Below are positions 12,240 to 24,467 of a stretch of DNA of 28,003 nt, piece by piece; the stretch's first letter is position 1; each line of letters begins with the position of its first letter. The stretch comes from Geosiphon pyriformis uo1 (taxonomy: Eukaryota; Fungi; Glomeromycota): positions 57,654 to 85,656 of the forward strand of contig JAAOMT010000755.1 in NCBI GenBank assembly GCA_016748015.1, given 5' to 3'. Made by a program: the position numbers and the translations under genes. The notes under the pieces were generated by a model. It worked only from the letters and a program-made list of their open reading frames with translations, had not been told where the DNA came from and did no database searches.

Positions 12240-13339
12240 ATGTATTTGTGTTGCTTGGAAATCTGTTCTTCAACTTCATCAATTCAAAACGAAGGGGCAT
12301 TTCCAGTCATCAAAGAAAGTTTGGCCATTTTTCCAGCTAATGAATATTCAAAAGTTGCTGACTTAGTTAAAATTCATCTTGTGCATAATCAGCAAACACC
12401 TGAAAACTTATTCAATTATTTGAAAAATAAAAGTTCAAAACGTTCGATAGACCATATTTTACTCGGATTTTCTTTAGAACATGGAATTGGAACTATTCCT
12501 AATTTAACAAAAGTATTTTTAGAATATCAGAAAGCAGCGAATACAAAAGATTCTCTTGGACAATTCTTCTTGGGACGTTGTTATGATAATGGAACTGGTA
12601 CTTCTCAAGATCAAGGAAAAGCATATGAACTCTAATCAAAAGCTATAGAGGTGGGTAATGCACTTGCACAATACAATATTGCACTTTATTATAATAATGG
12701 GGAATAACAAAAAATTTAGAAAAAGCATTTGAACTCTATTTAAAAGCAGCAGAGGCGGGACATTTAAAGGCACAATACAATTTTGCACTTTGTTATGCTA
12801 ATGGAGAAGGAACGATAAAAAATTTAGAAAAAGCATTTGAACTGTATTCAAAAGCTGCAGAGGCAGAACATTTAGATGCACAATACAATCTTGCACTTTG
12901 TTATGCCAACAGAAGGGGAATGATAAAAAATGAGAGAAAAGCATTTAAACTGTATTCAAAAGCAGCAGAGGCAGGAAGTTTACTTGGACATATCCCTCTA
13001 AGAGAATATTGTCTAAATGAACAAGAAACGATAAAAGATCAGCAAAATGAATGGGGAATAGTGAAAAATCTGGAAGAAACGTTTCAATTCTTTTTAAAAA
13101 CAGCAGAGGCGGGAAATCAAAATGCAAAATATAACCTTGGATGGTGGTATCAAAGTGGATGGGGAACCACAAGAAACCTAGAAAAAGCCTTTGAACTCTA
13201 TTTAAAAGCAGCAGAAGCAAATAACTTTTGTTTTCATAGTGATTTTCCTGATTTGAATGTCCATGACCTTAATTTAGTGGACAAAACAATCTGGAATATA
13301 ACCTTTTACGATTCCAAAATCGAGGCTTTAAATATCTAG
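12240..13339 (+). pseudogene. Sel1-like repeat gene, disrupted paralogue of 1536-2450
   Basis: The N-terminus is collinear with gene 1 (VIKESLAIF..EYSKV..LKNKS.KRSI..ILLGF.LEHGIGTIP). There is a nonsense TAA at 12633-12635 where gene 1 has TAT, and a ~4-bp deletion frameshift near 12697. About five further Sel1 repeats run to ~13220. Confidence 0.88.
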
Positions 13340-15444
13340 GAATTTTTAAATTTTGCAGGTTTCTTTGACCAGCTCTCGGATGAATTCAAGTGTTTCAAAT
13401 GTGGCAACTTGGGTATAATCATCAATGGATCTCTTATTTTCATACGATATATAGCCAATTTGAAATTAGAATCCTTTAATTTACATCGTATGCTAAACTT
13501 GATTTTAAAATAGAGAATGATATAATTAATAAGCTGATATCCTGTATTGGATGTAGAGTTTAATCTTTAAGATTTAATCTTTAACCAAAAATGTGAAATA
13601 TAAGGTTTGGAAAAATAGAGGATTATTGATCAACTTTATATTGTCTGAGTTATTCTGAAAGTCAAAAGCTTGTGAGAAAATCAATCTTGGCAAATGATAG
13701 TAATGTTTATGTTTAATAGTAATTCTGAATTTTTATGAAACCTTATTCTAGTTTCTTAATTAACAAACTAGTAAAATACTAACTTAACAACCTTTGACCT
13801 TAATGCTTCAACACTAATTTTATATAAGAAAATGACAGTTAAGATCACTTTGAAAGTTTTTTCATCGAATTCTATCTTTATTAATAATGTTAACGCCGCT
13901 AAAACAGAACAAAGGTTCAAGTATGCCATATTTGTTGTTAATGTGTGCGATTCCAACTAAAAAGTTTGATCAATATATCATTTAGATTGGACAAACATTT
14001 ATTAGAAAATTAGTTAATATCTTTAGATTTAAACCAGTTTTTTTGGTCATTGCTTGAATCAGAGGCGTAATTATAATTTCGAACCTTTGATACTATTTCA
14101 ACAAATTTTTTAACATTTATCTCATTATCAATGAACATGATTATACAGAAGATTTGATTCCTTTTATATGTCATGTCATAAAGGTTTTCCAGTGCTGGAT
14201 TTTGATATTATAATCACTCTCATGGGCTTAAACTGTTGGCTATGCTAATGCTGTTTAATGAAGCTAATGGCTTGAAGGAGCTAACTCTGAAAAGCATAAA
14301 GACAGATGGATTAAGGAATAGATTTTATTGGTTTCAGGCCACTCTATTTTGAACTTTTATGTCGGGATCTAAAAGAAACCTGGAATGTAGATTGAAAATC
14401 TTAATAATCAAATCAAAAATGATAATTTTGATCATTGTATTAATAATATAAGTAATTTTTTATTGCATGTTTATTCTTTTTTATTAATTGACAGTTATAA
14501 AATTTTGATATGCTCAATGTAAATTTTACTTGAAAAGCTTGATTTTTATTTTTTTTTCACTATTGACTTATATCTTTATTTTATTTTTATTTTACATATA
14601 AATTTGGTTTTTTAACATATATTAATATATTAAGAATTAATTATATACTTTTAAATATTATAATAAACAATTAAATTTCAAAATTAAATGTTTGGTTTAT
14701 TTTAAACAAGGAATATAAATTTCTAAAGCATTTTAAGACCATTTGACTTAAATTATTAACCAATCAATTATAAGTTAACAACACTCTATAAATCATAAAT
14801 AAATAAATGAGATTTTTTTCTTAAATTTGAATCAAGAAATTTTTTTTCAAATGAAGACTGAAAATTCTGAGAGAATAAAGCAAAATAATGTTATTATTAA
14901 TTTTTAATGCCATTTTTTTTGAATATTGGAAGTTTAAATTTTTAAATAAATAATATTTAATAAGCAAAATTAGTAATTTCGAATTTATTGTAAAATATAA
15001 CTATTTTAAAATATCGTTTAAAAGAATCTGTTTATTAAAGAGTTAATGTCTCTATTTTATTTAAAAACCTTCAAGCTTTCAAAGCTTTCTTATGGGACAT
15101 TTATGAAAGCATGTGTTTTTATTTTATTGCCAATAAGAAACTAAACATCATCTAAAGTCTATAATTTTAATTAGCAAGGAAACATAAATATGTATTTCTA
15201 ACTCTACTCATCTAAAGAGCGTTTTATGGTTTTAATCTTAATATAACCTAAACTTCAATCAAGAACTTTTATTAAAAGAACTTATAAGTTCTAAAGCTTT
15301 TTTGATGTAAAAATAGATAAAATGGTATTCTTTTAACTTTATTATGGGGCTTAAAATAGTAAGCTATAGAATATTCTGCCAGTGGAAATTTTTAAGATAG
15401 AGAGCACAGCTTTCAAAATATATAAATAAAAGCAAATTTAACTT

Positions 15445-15700
15445 TTTATGATTTGAAAACTTCATACTCCTTGACAAAGAAATTCACCTCTTCATTTTCT
15501 TACTCAGACATTATAGCATGTTCATAATAAGTTGTTTTTTACAAAAGCACATTAAACTATTTTTAAAATCATTGCTATGCAAAACAATATAACTACGTCT
15601 ATTATTTAGCCCATTATTTGGTCCATATTTGTTACCAAATTTGCTATTTTTAAGAAAAAAATATAACTTCTTTTTCCCTTCCAGAAGTGAAAAAAAAAGA
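15445..15700 (-). pseudogene. Possible C-terminal remnant of a TLDc-domain gene
   Basis: The minus strand reads ...KYGPNNG...CFCKK / YYEHAIMSE*ENEEVNFFVKEYEVFK. This resembles the GPxFG...YEKxI...FxVEEYEVFQ end of TLDc domains, which are abundant in Glomeromycota. The match is short and frameshifted. Confidence 0.4.
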
Positions 15701-17879
15701 ACCAAAAGCCACTACAGAAGATTTTGCAATCTTAAATATAGTCAAAAAAAAAGAATTACCAACAGCAATTTTGGTAACAACAACAAAAAAAGTCTTAAAA
15801 GCAAAGTTTACACAAAACAACTTGATATTGTTTTTTAAAACAGACTTAAATCTAACAAAACCTGGCAGCAAATGAAACAAAGAGTTAACTAAAGCCAATT
15901 TGATCTTAAAAAATAGTGCCAAATACCAAAATAGAAGCTATTTACTCAAAAAACTTTTGACAACTGAAAATTGTTTTTCAAACACTATTAAAAACAACAT
16001 TAGAAAACAAAAAAAGAGATGTTAATTCAGTTTTTATCTAATCAGCCTAATTTTTAAGATCAAGTAACTTCATAAGTTGTTTTGCTTTTAAAATTAGCAA
16101 AAATTTGTTAGAAAACATTACATTTAATAATACAATCAATAGTTAATCTTGGCTTATTTTGAAAATATATTATTATTGTTGTTATCCATATTAAAAAGAA
16201 GACTAATTGTTGCTAAAATTTTATCCAAAATTTTATCTAAAATTACAAAAAAGTTTAATATAACAATAATAAATACAAATAATTGTTGTTGTTTTTTGAA
16301 GTTTTTGGTCTTTTTAACTATTTACAAAATAGTAGTAATAATAGTAGTGATAATAAAAGCAGAAAAAACCAGCTTGTTAATTGGCTTATTATTAAAAACT
16401 TGGAAATTTTTAAAAAAATTAAAAACAATATTAGGATTAATCTTAATGTATCTTTTAGAAAAAACTTTAATTAAAAAAAACTACCAATAAAAGATAAAAA
16501 TGCTTTAAAACCTATTAAAAATGACTTTTTATTATTAATATTTAAAAAAATATTGCTAAAATATTTTGTTTAACTGTTATAATTAATATATTAGATTAAA
16601 ATAAAATATTTTTATTTAAAAAAATTACAATATATATTAAAAAAATTAATATTAAAATTAAATAAAAAAACTATATTATTAAAGTTAATTCAATAAATAT
16701 CAATTAGTAATAAAAAAGTAAAAATCAATAATTAATTTAATTATAATTAAATCATAATATAATTTAGTTAAAAATCTAAATTAAATACAAAAAAATCTTA
16801 ACAAACTAAAAAACACTAATAAAAATTTAGAATTAATACATATAAAATAATAATAACAGGTTTTATTATGTTTTAAGATTCTTATATACTTTATTTAAAT
16901 AATCTAATATTTTATATTTGTAATTATTATTTAAAAATAATTACTAAAATATATAATTAAAATTTATATTATTAATACATAATTAAGTCCTAAATTTAGT
17001 TATTTAAAAATTTTATTTAATTAATTAATTTTTGGAAAAATAATATGTCAAATAAGCTTAAAATAAATTAATTAATTTAATGTATATAAATATTAATGTA
17101 ATTAAAATAATACTAATATAATATATAGATCTTAAATAATTTAGCTATATATATAGTTTTTTTATAAGCTAAAAATGTATTAGTTTCTTATTAAGCCAAT
17201 TTTTAATTATAGTTTTATTGTAAACAGTAGATTTTTACTTTTTTTTTCCTATTTTGAATTTATTTTTTTATTCTCATATATATTTTTATCTTATTATAAG
17301 TTATTTTTTTGATTATGTTATCTTTTAAATATTATAAAAAAAATAATTTTATCATAATTTTATTTCAAATAAATAAAGTAATATAATAAATATTTTAGTA
17401 ATATTAAAAACTATATTTTTTTGATGACCAATTAAAAAAATTTTAATATAATTTTAATAAAATTATTTGATTGCTTTTTGATAATTTATTTCATTTTTTG
17501 TGTTTTTAATAAAAGTTAATTACTATTTTTTAAATAAAGTTTTAAACTAATTATTATTTAAAAACAAATATTAATAACTTTATGATTTTTTTGCTTTATA
17601 AACATCTTTTATAACTTTTGTTTTTTCTTTTTTTATGTATATTATAAGATAAATTCATATAATTAATAATAAAATTATGTTATCTATAGTATTATTAACA
17701 TTAAATTATAGTGCTTAAAATTGTTTTAATAACAAAAAACTTTATTTATTAATTATTATAAAAAAAATAATATTTGAAACTTTTTTGCTTTTTGCTTTGG
17801 TTATGATCATAAAATTTAAGAGAAAAAAAGAGTTAAATTTATTTATTTATATACAATTATTTTATTAACTAAATAAATT

Positions 17880-18985
17880 AACAGCAAACAATAAATTTTA
17901 AAACTATAATAATATTAAAAATTATATAAAAATACTTATAATATCAAAAAACTATTCTTAGATAAAAATGTTTTTACAATATTAATTAAACAATATTTTA
18001 TATAAAGTAATATTATTTATTATTAAAATTTTAAAAATTTAAACAATCTATTTAAATTAATTCAAAAACATAAAAAAACAATTTTATATAATATATATTT
18101 AGATTTTTTACTAACATATTTTAAAAAAAACAGTATAATTCAAAAAATATTAAAACATTATTTTTGGCTTATATTTAAAAAAATATTTAACAATATATTA
18201 AAGTTTATAATAATTGTTATTATTTATTACAATAAATAAATAAATTTATTATAATAGTTTTAAAGCAAAATTATATAAAAAACAAATACAAAATTAATAG
18301 CAAATTTCATTTATAAAAATATTATTTGTAGATATAAATACTTAATTAAACTTTTATTTAATTAAAATATATATTTTATAATAGCTTAATACAAATAATT
18401 TGTAAATAATTCAATATTAAAAGACTTATTTTTATCTTATAATCTTTAAATAAATAAATTTATAAAAGATTTTAACAGAATTATTTGTAAATTATTAATT
18501 AAAATCTTAACTAACTTTAAGTAAATATAAAATATTTTTCTTTTATTAATATTATTAATATATAAAATACTAAAATAAAATACAATAACACATATATTAT
18601 TTAATTTAATTAATAAAAAAACAGCAATATTATCAATTAGTTTCTTAATAAAAACTTATTTAGTTTAATTAATTGCAAAAAAAAACTTTTAAAAAACTTT
18701 TTAATAAAAAGTCTATGCTTTTTTTGGCAATTTAAAAAAAATAACACTTATATTAAATATTTTCAAGTTTAATAAAAAAATAATATAATAAAAACTAATA
18801 TATATTATTAATAAATTAAAAATTAAAAATAAAATTTTTATATACAAAATTAAAATTAAAAAACAGTAAAACAAAAAATTTAATTACAAATAAAATAGTT
18901 TTAAATAATAAATTATATAATTTAAAATTTGATAATAAAGTTTTAAAGAAAGTTGTACATAATATCAAATTAAAACACTATTATT
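17880..18985 (+). mobile_element. Heavily eroded Ty3/Gypsy- or Ginger-type DDE integrase relic
   Basis: Motifs appear in integrase order. HHCC region: IIQKILKHYFWL...QYIKVYNNC (~18130-18220). Core: ANFIYKNIICRYKYLIKLLFN* (cf. ANFIYEDIICRHGCPxELLSDQ) and SYNL*INKFIKDFNRIIC (cf. PYHPQTNGLVERFNRTLC). These are followed by YKILK*NT..YKKTAILSI (cf. YRT..Q.TT..YGR.A.LPI) and the terminal FDNKVLKKVVHNIKLKHY. Confidence 0.7.
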
Positions 18986-19024
18986 TAAAAACCACTTTAA
19001 AATTTTTAATTTTACAAATAAGTA

Positions 19025-20303
19025 CAGTCACCTCCGAAATTAATGCCCGATTTTGGTGTAACAAAGTACCCGAACATACATATTTTGTTTACTCTCTTGT
19101 TATTACTTTTTTGGACCAAAATTTATTTGTTTACTTCTCCATTACCTACTCAAACATTACATGAAAAAAAATCGGAATAAATATGCCTCGTACTCGCTCT
19201 TTATTAACTGCTGAAGATAAAGAAAAAATTCTCACATATCTCGAAGAAATGAATGCTGAGCAAATCGCAAAAAAAATGGAGCATGATCCCACAACAATAT
19301 GACGTTTCATTAACAAGTATTAAAAGACTGGGAAAATCAAAAATTTACCACGATCTGGATGCCCACCAGCTCTCAATAACCAAACAAAAAGTGCTCTCTT
19401 ACTAAAAGTTAAAAATGAACAACATAAACCACTACAAGAGATTGTTGATAATTTGAAGCTTAATTGTAGTTTAACAACAGCCTGTTGAGTACTTCATAAC
19501 CATGGCATTTGAGGTAAAAAAAGCCTTTTATTTCAGAAAAACAAACAAAGACACGCAAAAAATATCCTTTATTTTTGGAAATGGGTAATTTTTTCAGATG
19601 AAACTAGTGTAGAAATCGGCAAAAAATCTTGACAAGTTAAAGTATGGCGTTATATAGGAGAAAGATATAATATTAAATGCTTAACACCTAGCTTTAAAAG
19701 TGGTCAACAATCAATAGTGACTTAAAGATACTTTGTTGGAGAACTTAGAGGTCTATTGATATTTTGTGATGAATACAAGGAAAAAACGGAAAAGATTACA
19801 GTAAAAACATATCTTAAGATTATAGAAACTAATCTTTTACCATTTATTACTGTTACTCATGATTTAGTAACAAGAAATCCAATATTTCAACAAGACAATG
19901 CTTCTCTTCATAATGCTGGAATTATGAAAAAATGGTTCAAAGACAAAAACATTGAGATTATGAATTGGCCAGCCAGTTCTTTTGATCTAAACTCCATAGA
20001 AAATGTGTGGAAAATAATGAAGGACAATATTCAAAAACATGAAAACTTTCCAAAAACTAAAGAGGCACTTAAAAGTGCTCTAAAGAAGGAATAGTCAAGT
20101 TTTAATATGTTAGTTTTGAAACGGGTTGTAGACTCAATGCCACAAAGAATTGAAGCAGTATTGGAAGCAAATTGAGAGCCAACACACTATTAATTATATA
20201 TATAAAAAAAGTTATATGTATATAAGTTAAGTTTAGAATAAATCAAATAAACATTTAAAATTGTATAAAAAATAAATTCAGGTGTTAATTTCGAAGGTGA
20301 CTG
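19025..20303 (+). mobile_element. Tc1/mariner DNA transposon (DD34E), full length, ~1.28 kb
   Basis: The imperfect TIRs are cagtcacctccgaaattaatgcccga (from 19025) and the reverse complement of tcaggtgttaatttcgaaggtgactg (to 20303). A TA target duplication sits at 19023-19024 and 20304-20305, and a transposase lies inside. Confidence 0.93.
19183..20193 (+). pseudogene. Tc1-type transposase pseudogene
   Basis: It starts MPRTRSLLTAEDKEKILTYLEE and contains PRSGCP (GRP-like linker), VIFSDET, FQQDNA-34 aa-E (WPASSFDLNSIENVW) and the end SMPQRIEAVLEAN*EPTHY. There are many in-frame stops, several consistent with CGA>TGA. Confidence 0.9.
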
Positions 20304-22430
20304 TACATAATTTCTTTTAGTTAATTTAAAAAAAATTTGAAACTTAAAATTAATAATTATTATTAAATAATACTTAAATTTATATTATATTTATATTAAT
20401 TATTTATTAAAAAAATAATAGAAACATTAAACAAAATAATTAAATAACCACAAAAAAACTTTTTAATCAAAAATATATAAAACTTACACATATTAAAAAT
20501 AATAATTTTTATTTTTTAAATTTTATTTTATTTTTTATAACAACAATTCTTTAAAATATTCAACAAATATACTTAACTTTAGAATACTTTTTAATTTATT
20601 TATTAATTAATAAATAAAACTTATCTATTATTTAATACAATATAACAATTAAGGGTATAAAATCAAATGCAAATTATATGCTTTTTATATGTAATAAATC
20701 ATTTATTTATTATAATTACTAAAAGTTAATTTAAATAAAAACTATAATTTGATAATAGAAATACACAATATTTTTTTTTTATAAAAAAACAAAAAAAATT
20801 ATTTTAAAATTTATTTATCAGAACTTTTAAAACATTCTTTAAAAGAAAATACAATGTTTTTCTTTATTAATATTTTATCAAATACTATAATTAAACAAAA
20901 ACTTTAATAATTTTTTATTGAACAAAACAATAGATATATTTTTTGTATAGATATTTTACATTGAAAAAATACTTAAAAAGAAAAACTTGAATTAATAAAA
21001 AATTATATAAAAACAAATATATAATAAATTTAATACAGCTAAATTAGCAAACATTTATTATAAGATCAAAAAGTTTTTAAACTTTATAATTTATTTAATA
21101 ATTGTAAAAATATTCTGAAATTTATAAAACTAAAATTTTAATAATTTTCAAATTAAACTATTTTGATAATCTTAAATTATTATTCAGAAATTACAAAGAG
21201 TATTAAAATTTTAATAAAACTCAAATTTAAAAAAAATTATGCTACTAAAAAAAATTTACTAAAATATTTAATAGATACTAAAATATATATTATAATTATA
21301 TTAATAAAAAATTATTAAAGCTCAAATAGTATTATAATAAGATATATAAAAAAAAAACTAATTTGGCTATTAGTTCATTATTAAAAATTTTAAAATTTTT
21401 TATAAATATAATAATTATATTAAAATTAATCTTAAATAGCTGTTTAAAAAAAATTTTGAATAAAAAACTTTTATTTAAAGTTAAAAAAATGTTTTATTGA
21501 CAATTAGCTTGATATTTATATTATTTAAAAAAATCTTTAAAAACAATTATTTAGCTGATTTAACTATAGAAAAAACTTTTAACTATTAAAATAAAGTAAA
21601 ATAATAAGAAAAAAATAAGTGTTTTCTTTTTAATATTTAAATATATATATTTAATTTAAAAAATATATAATTTTAATTTTTTATTGCTTTTATATAATAG
21701 ATTTTATTATTATTTATATATATAAAGTTAAAATATTTTACAATAAATATAACTTATATTTTGTTTATATATTATTATTAAATATTTTTTACTTTTAAAT
21801 ATAGTTATTTTGTTAATAATAATTTTTTAATTTCTTGTTTTAATATTATTGCTAAAATTTGGTTTAATTTTATTAATATAATAATATTTATAAAATACTC
21901 TCAAGAAAATATTACAGATTAATATTCAAATTTAAGTAGTTAAAATAATTACTATTCAGATTCAGCTGTAAAAAGTCTTTAAATATAACAATCTAAGTTT
22001 TAAAAAATAATAAATAGTTAAACAATTACAAATTTTATTAATTTTTAATATAATAATAATAAAATGTTTTAAATTAATTATTCTAAGTCAAAAAAAAATT
22101 GTTTTTATAAATAAAGTTTTATTTTAAATATAAAAAATATTACTATACTAGATACTTATTATTAAATACATTTTTTAAAAAAAAGCTTTTGTATTTAAAG
22201 TTTAAAGTTAATATTTTATTATACATATAAATTAAGATAATTATTTTATATTAATTTAATATAAAGATTAAAATATTATATCAATAATAATTTCCAATAA
22301 CTATAAAAATAAGATTTGTAAAATAATTTACAGTAATAAAATTATGGTTTATTTTTAATAAATAATGTTAACACTTTATTTTTTGGTTGTTTTTAATAAT
22401 AATTTTAATTATTAATAATATAATCAATTT

Positions 22431-22516
22431 AAGTTAATTAAAACAATATTATATACATACATATAATTAAAAGTTAATTAAAACAATATTATATATATAC
22501 ATATAATTAAAAGTTA
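22431..22516. repeat. 40-bp tandem duplication
   Basis: aagttaattaaaacaatattatata(c/t)atacatataattaa occurs twice, plus a partial third copy. Confidence 0.85.
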
Positions 22517-23983
22517 TTTAATTTTTAATTTTGTTTTTTATAATTAGTAAATTTTAAACTTATTCAAATATTATTATTTAATGATTCTGTTTAAATTTTT
22601 TTTTAAAAATAAAAAATTACTACAAATAATTATATAAATTTTATTAAGCATTAAACATATAAAAAACGATTTTTATTATATATAATAAGTAAAAAACAAA
22701 TTCTGTATTGTTTAATTAATTAATTTAAAAAATTGAATTGTTTCATTTAATAAATAAATAATGACTTAAGATTTTTCTATTTAACCAAATTTAAAAGATT
22801 AAGCCATATACACAAAAACTGTTTTAAAATACCAATATTGTCATCACTTAATTTATTTAAGCAATAATATACAGATATACAATATTGTGTTTTTGGTTTT
22901 TCTGCTTTTTCTGCTTCAAGTTATTCCTTTTTTTTTGCCTTGTATAAAAAACTAGAGAGCTTTTAATATAAAATAATTCTAATATTGATTCTAAATCATC
23001 TAGCTAAAAATATAAAAACAAATAAAAATTTGGGGTTTCTTTTGTAATTTTATTTTTAAAGATTTATTCTTTTAAAAGTTGATGCCTTTTGTCCCATATA
23101 TCCTTTTTTTATTATAATTATTATTAATGAGTGAGAGCCCAACCACTATCTACTACAATACAACAAAGAATATGCTCTAAAGTAAACGTGGCTCATGAAT
23201 TTTCTACACGTAGCCGCTTTTTTTCTCTTTCATATTTGTTTTTATTATTATTTTTTATAGAGTGGATTTAATTTTAAAATAATGGACTTGACTGTATTAT
23301 GGTCTCTAAATTAGATTCTTAATTATTTGTAAATCTTTATAAAATTTTAAAAACAAGAAATAAATTTTTTATCAATTGCCAAAACGTTATTTTTGTTTAG
23401 TATCTACTTTTGAAACTAGACCGAAAATTTAATCTTCAACGAACAATATTTTTTTGGTGGTGAGGGATATCGTTGCTAATTTAAAATCCCTAATAAAATA
23501 AATATATTGTAAAGTTCAGACCATTTAGGAATACATATATTACGCAAAAAAATACCTATATTTTCTTATGAGTATTAAGTATATGTTTCCTTAGCTTTTT
23601 GGAGTTTCGAATTTTTATTTCCATCTTTTTGAATTTCTGTAATTTTATCAATGTTGATCCAAAAATTTTTAGAAATGAGTTAAAAAGACTTGTCCTCTGA
23701 CAATTGTTTGAAAATGTGATGTCTGGTATCGAAAATCCAAAAATGAATGAGAATTCTTAATTCCTAATTATGATGTTGCTAATTACTTATCTTGAAGATT
23801 AATGAAAACACAATCAAAACAATTAAGAGGCAATAATGATTATCATGATCACAATGTCTTTGGAACACAGAACGCAAGTTGGCTATCTTTCAGAAAACAT
23901 AATAAATAAGATATCCGGGTTTGCATCTTAATTCAAAAGGAATTTTTTTTGTACCTATATATCTTCATAAGAGTAAAGTAAGA

Positions 23984-24467
23984 ATGTATAAACTGCAGAC
24001 TCTAGTTTTGATAAGGGCTCTTCTTGCTTTGAAGGTATACGTTACTAAGAGCACAAAAGAAGTGAAATATATTTTCCTTTTTAGGAGTAATACTAATGAT
24101 TCTTATCTTTTGAGCAGATTACTGAAGGGCAAAATTCTCCATCAACTATCTCAACCATTCCTTCATCACAAAACTGGTATATCTGTAGTCCAACCACTGT
24201 CTCTTATACACATCTCTCTGTTTGGTAATTACTAACCCAATGAATCAGACGATTACTTTCGGGTTGGATTTAGAATTTAACCATCTTTCTAGTATTAATA
24301 TCAAACCGAATATACCTACTACACAATCGTCACCTAAATCAAGTACTCCTACTTCGGGCCCTAATACACCAACTCAGACTGCGTTCGGTGTCAAGATTTT
24401 AGTTATCGATTTAGTACTAATTGTGGCCAGTTTTTTGATTTCGTATTTTGCTGTTTACGCTCTTTAA
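23984..24467 (+). CDS. Small secreted/GPI-anchored-like protein; model uncertain, frame broken at an adapter sequence
   Basis: A probable intron spans 24035-24117 (GT...TACTAAT branch...CAG). The C-terminus has a Ser/Thr/Pro stalk (PTTQSSPKSSTPTSGPNTPTQT) followed by a terminal hydrophobic segment (VKILVIDLVLIVASFLISYFAVYAL*). The true 5' end is not resolved. Confidence 0.45.
24197..24215 (+). other. Tn5 mosaic end / Nextera adapter (sequencing artefact)
   Basis: Exact 19/19 match to CTGTCTCTTATACACATCT. It translates as the tell-tale VSYTHL / LSLIHI, and the latter is visible in ORF 23921-24235. Confidence 0.95.

Noticed and set aside
13600-14400. Slightly GC-richer stretch that may be a decayed gene
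   Set aside because: I could not assign any family, and all frames are interrupted.
15629-16490. K/I/L/F/N-rich ORFs that look like mitochondrial or membrane proteins
   Set aside because: Their composition is explained by AT erosion, and no organellar gene motifs were found.
20800-21560. Possible second eroded ORF (gag-like?) after the Tc1
   Set aside because: It is too degraded to support any identification.
23380-23760. MITE/DNA-transposon-like texture, also at ~26060-26950 including ORF 26142-26378
   Set aside because: No terminal inverted repeats or TSDs could be verified by eye.
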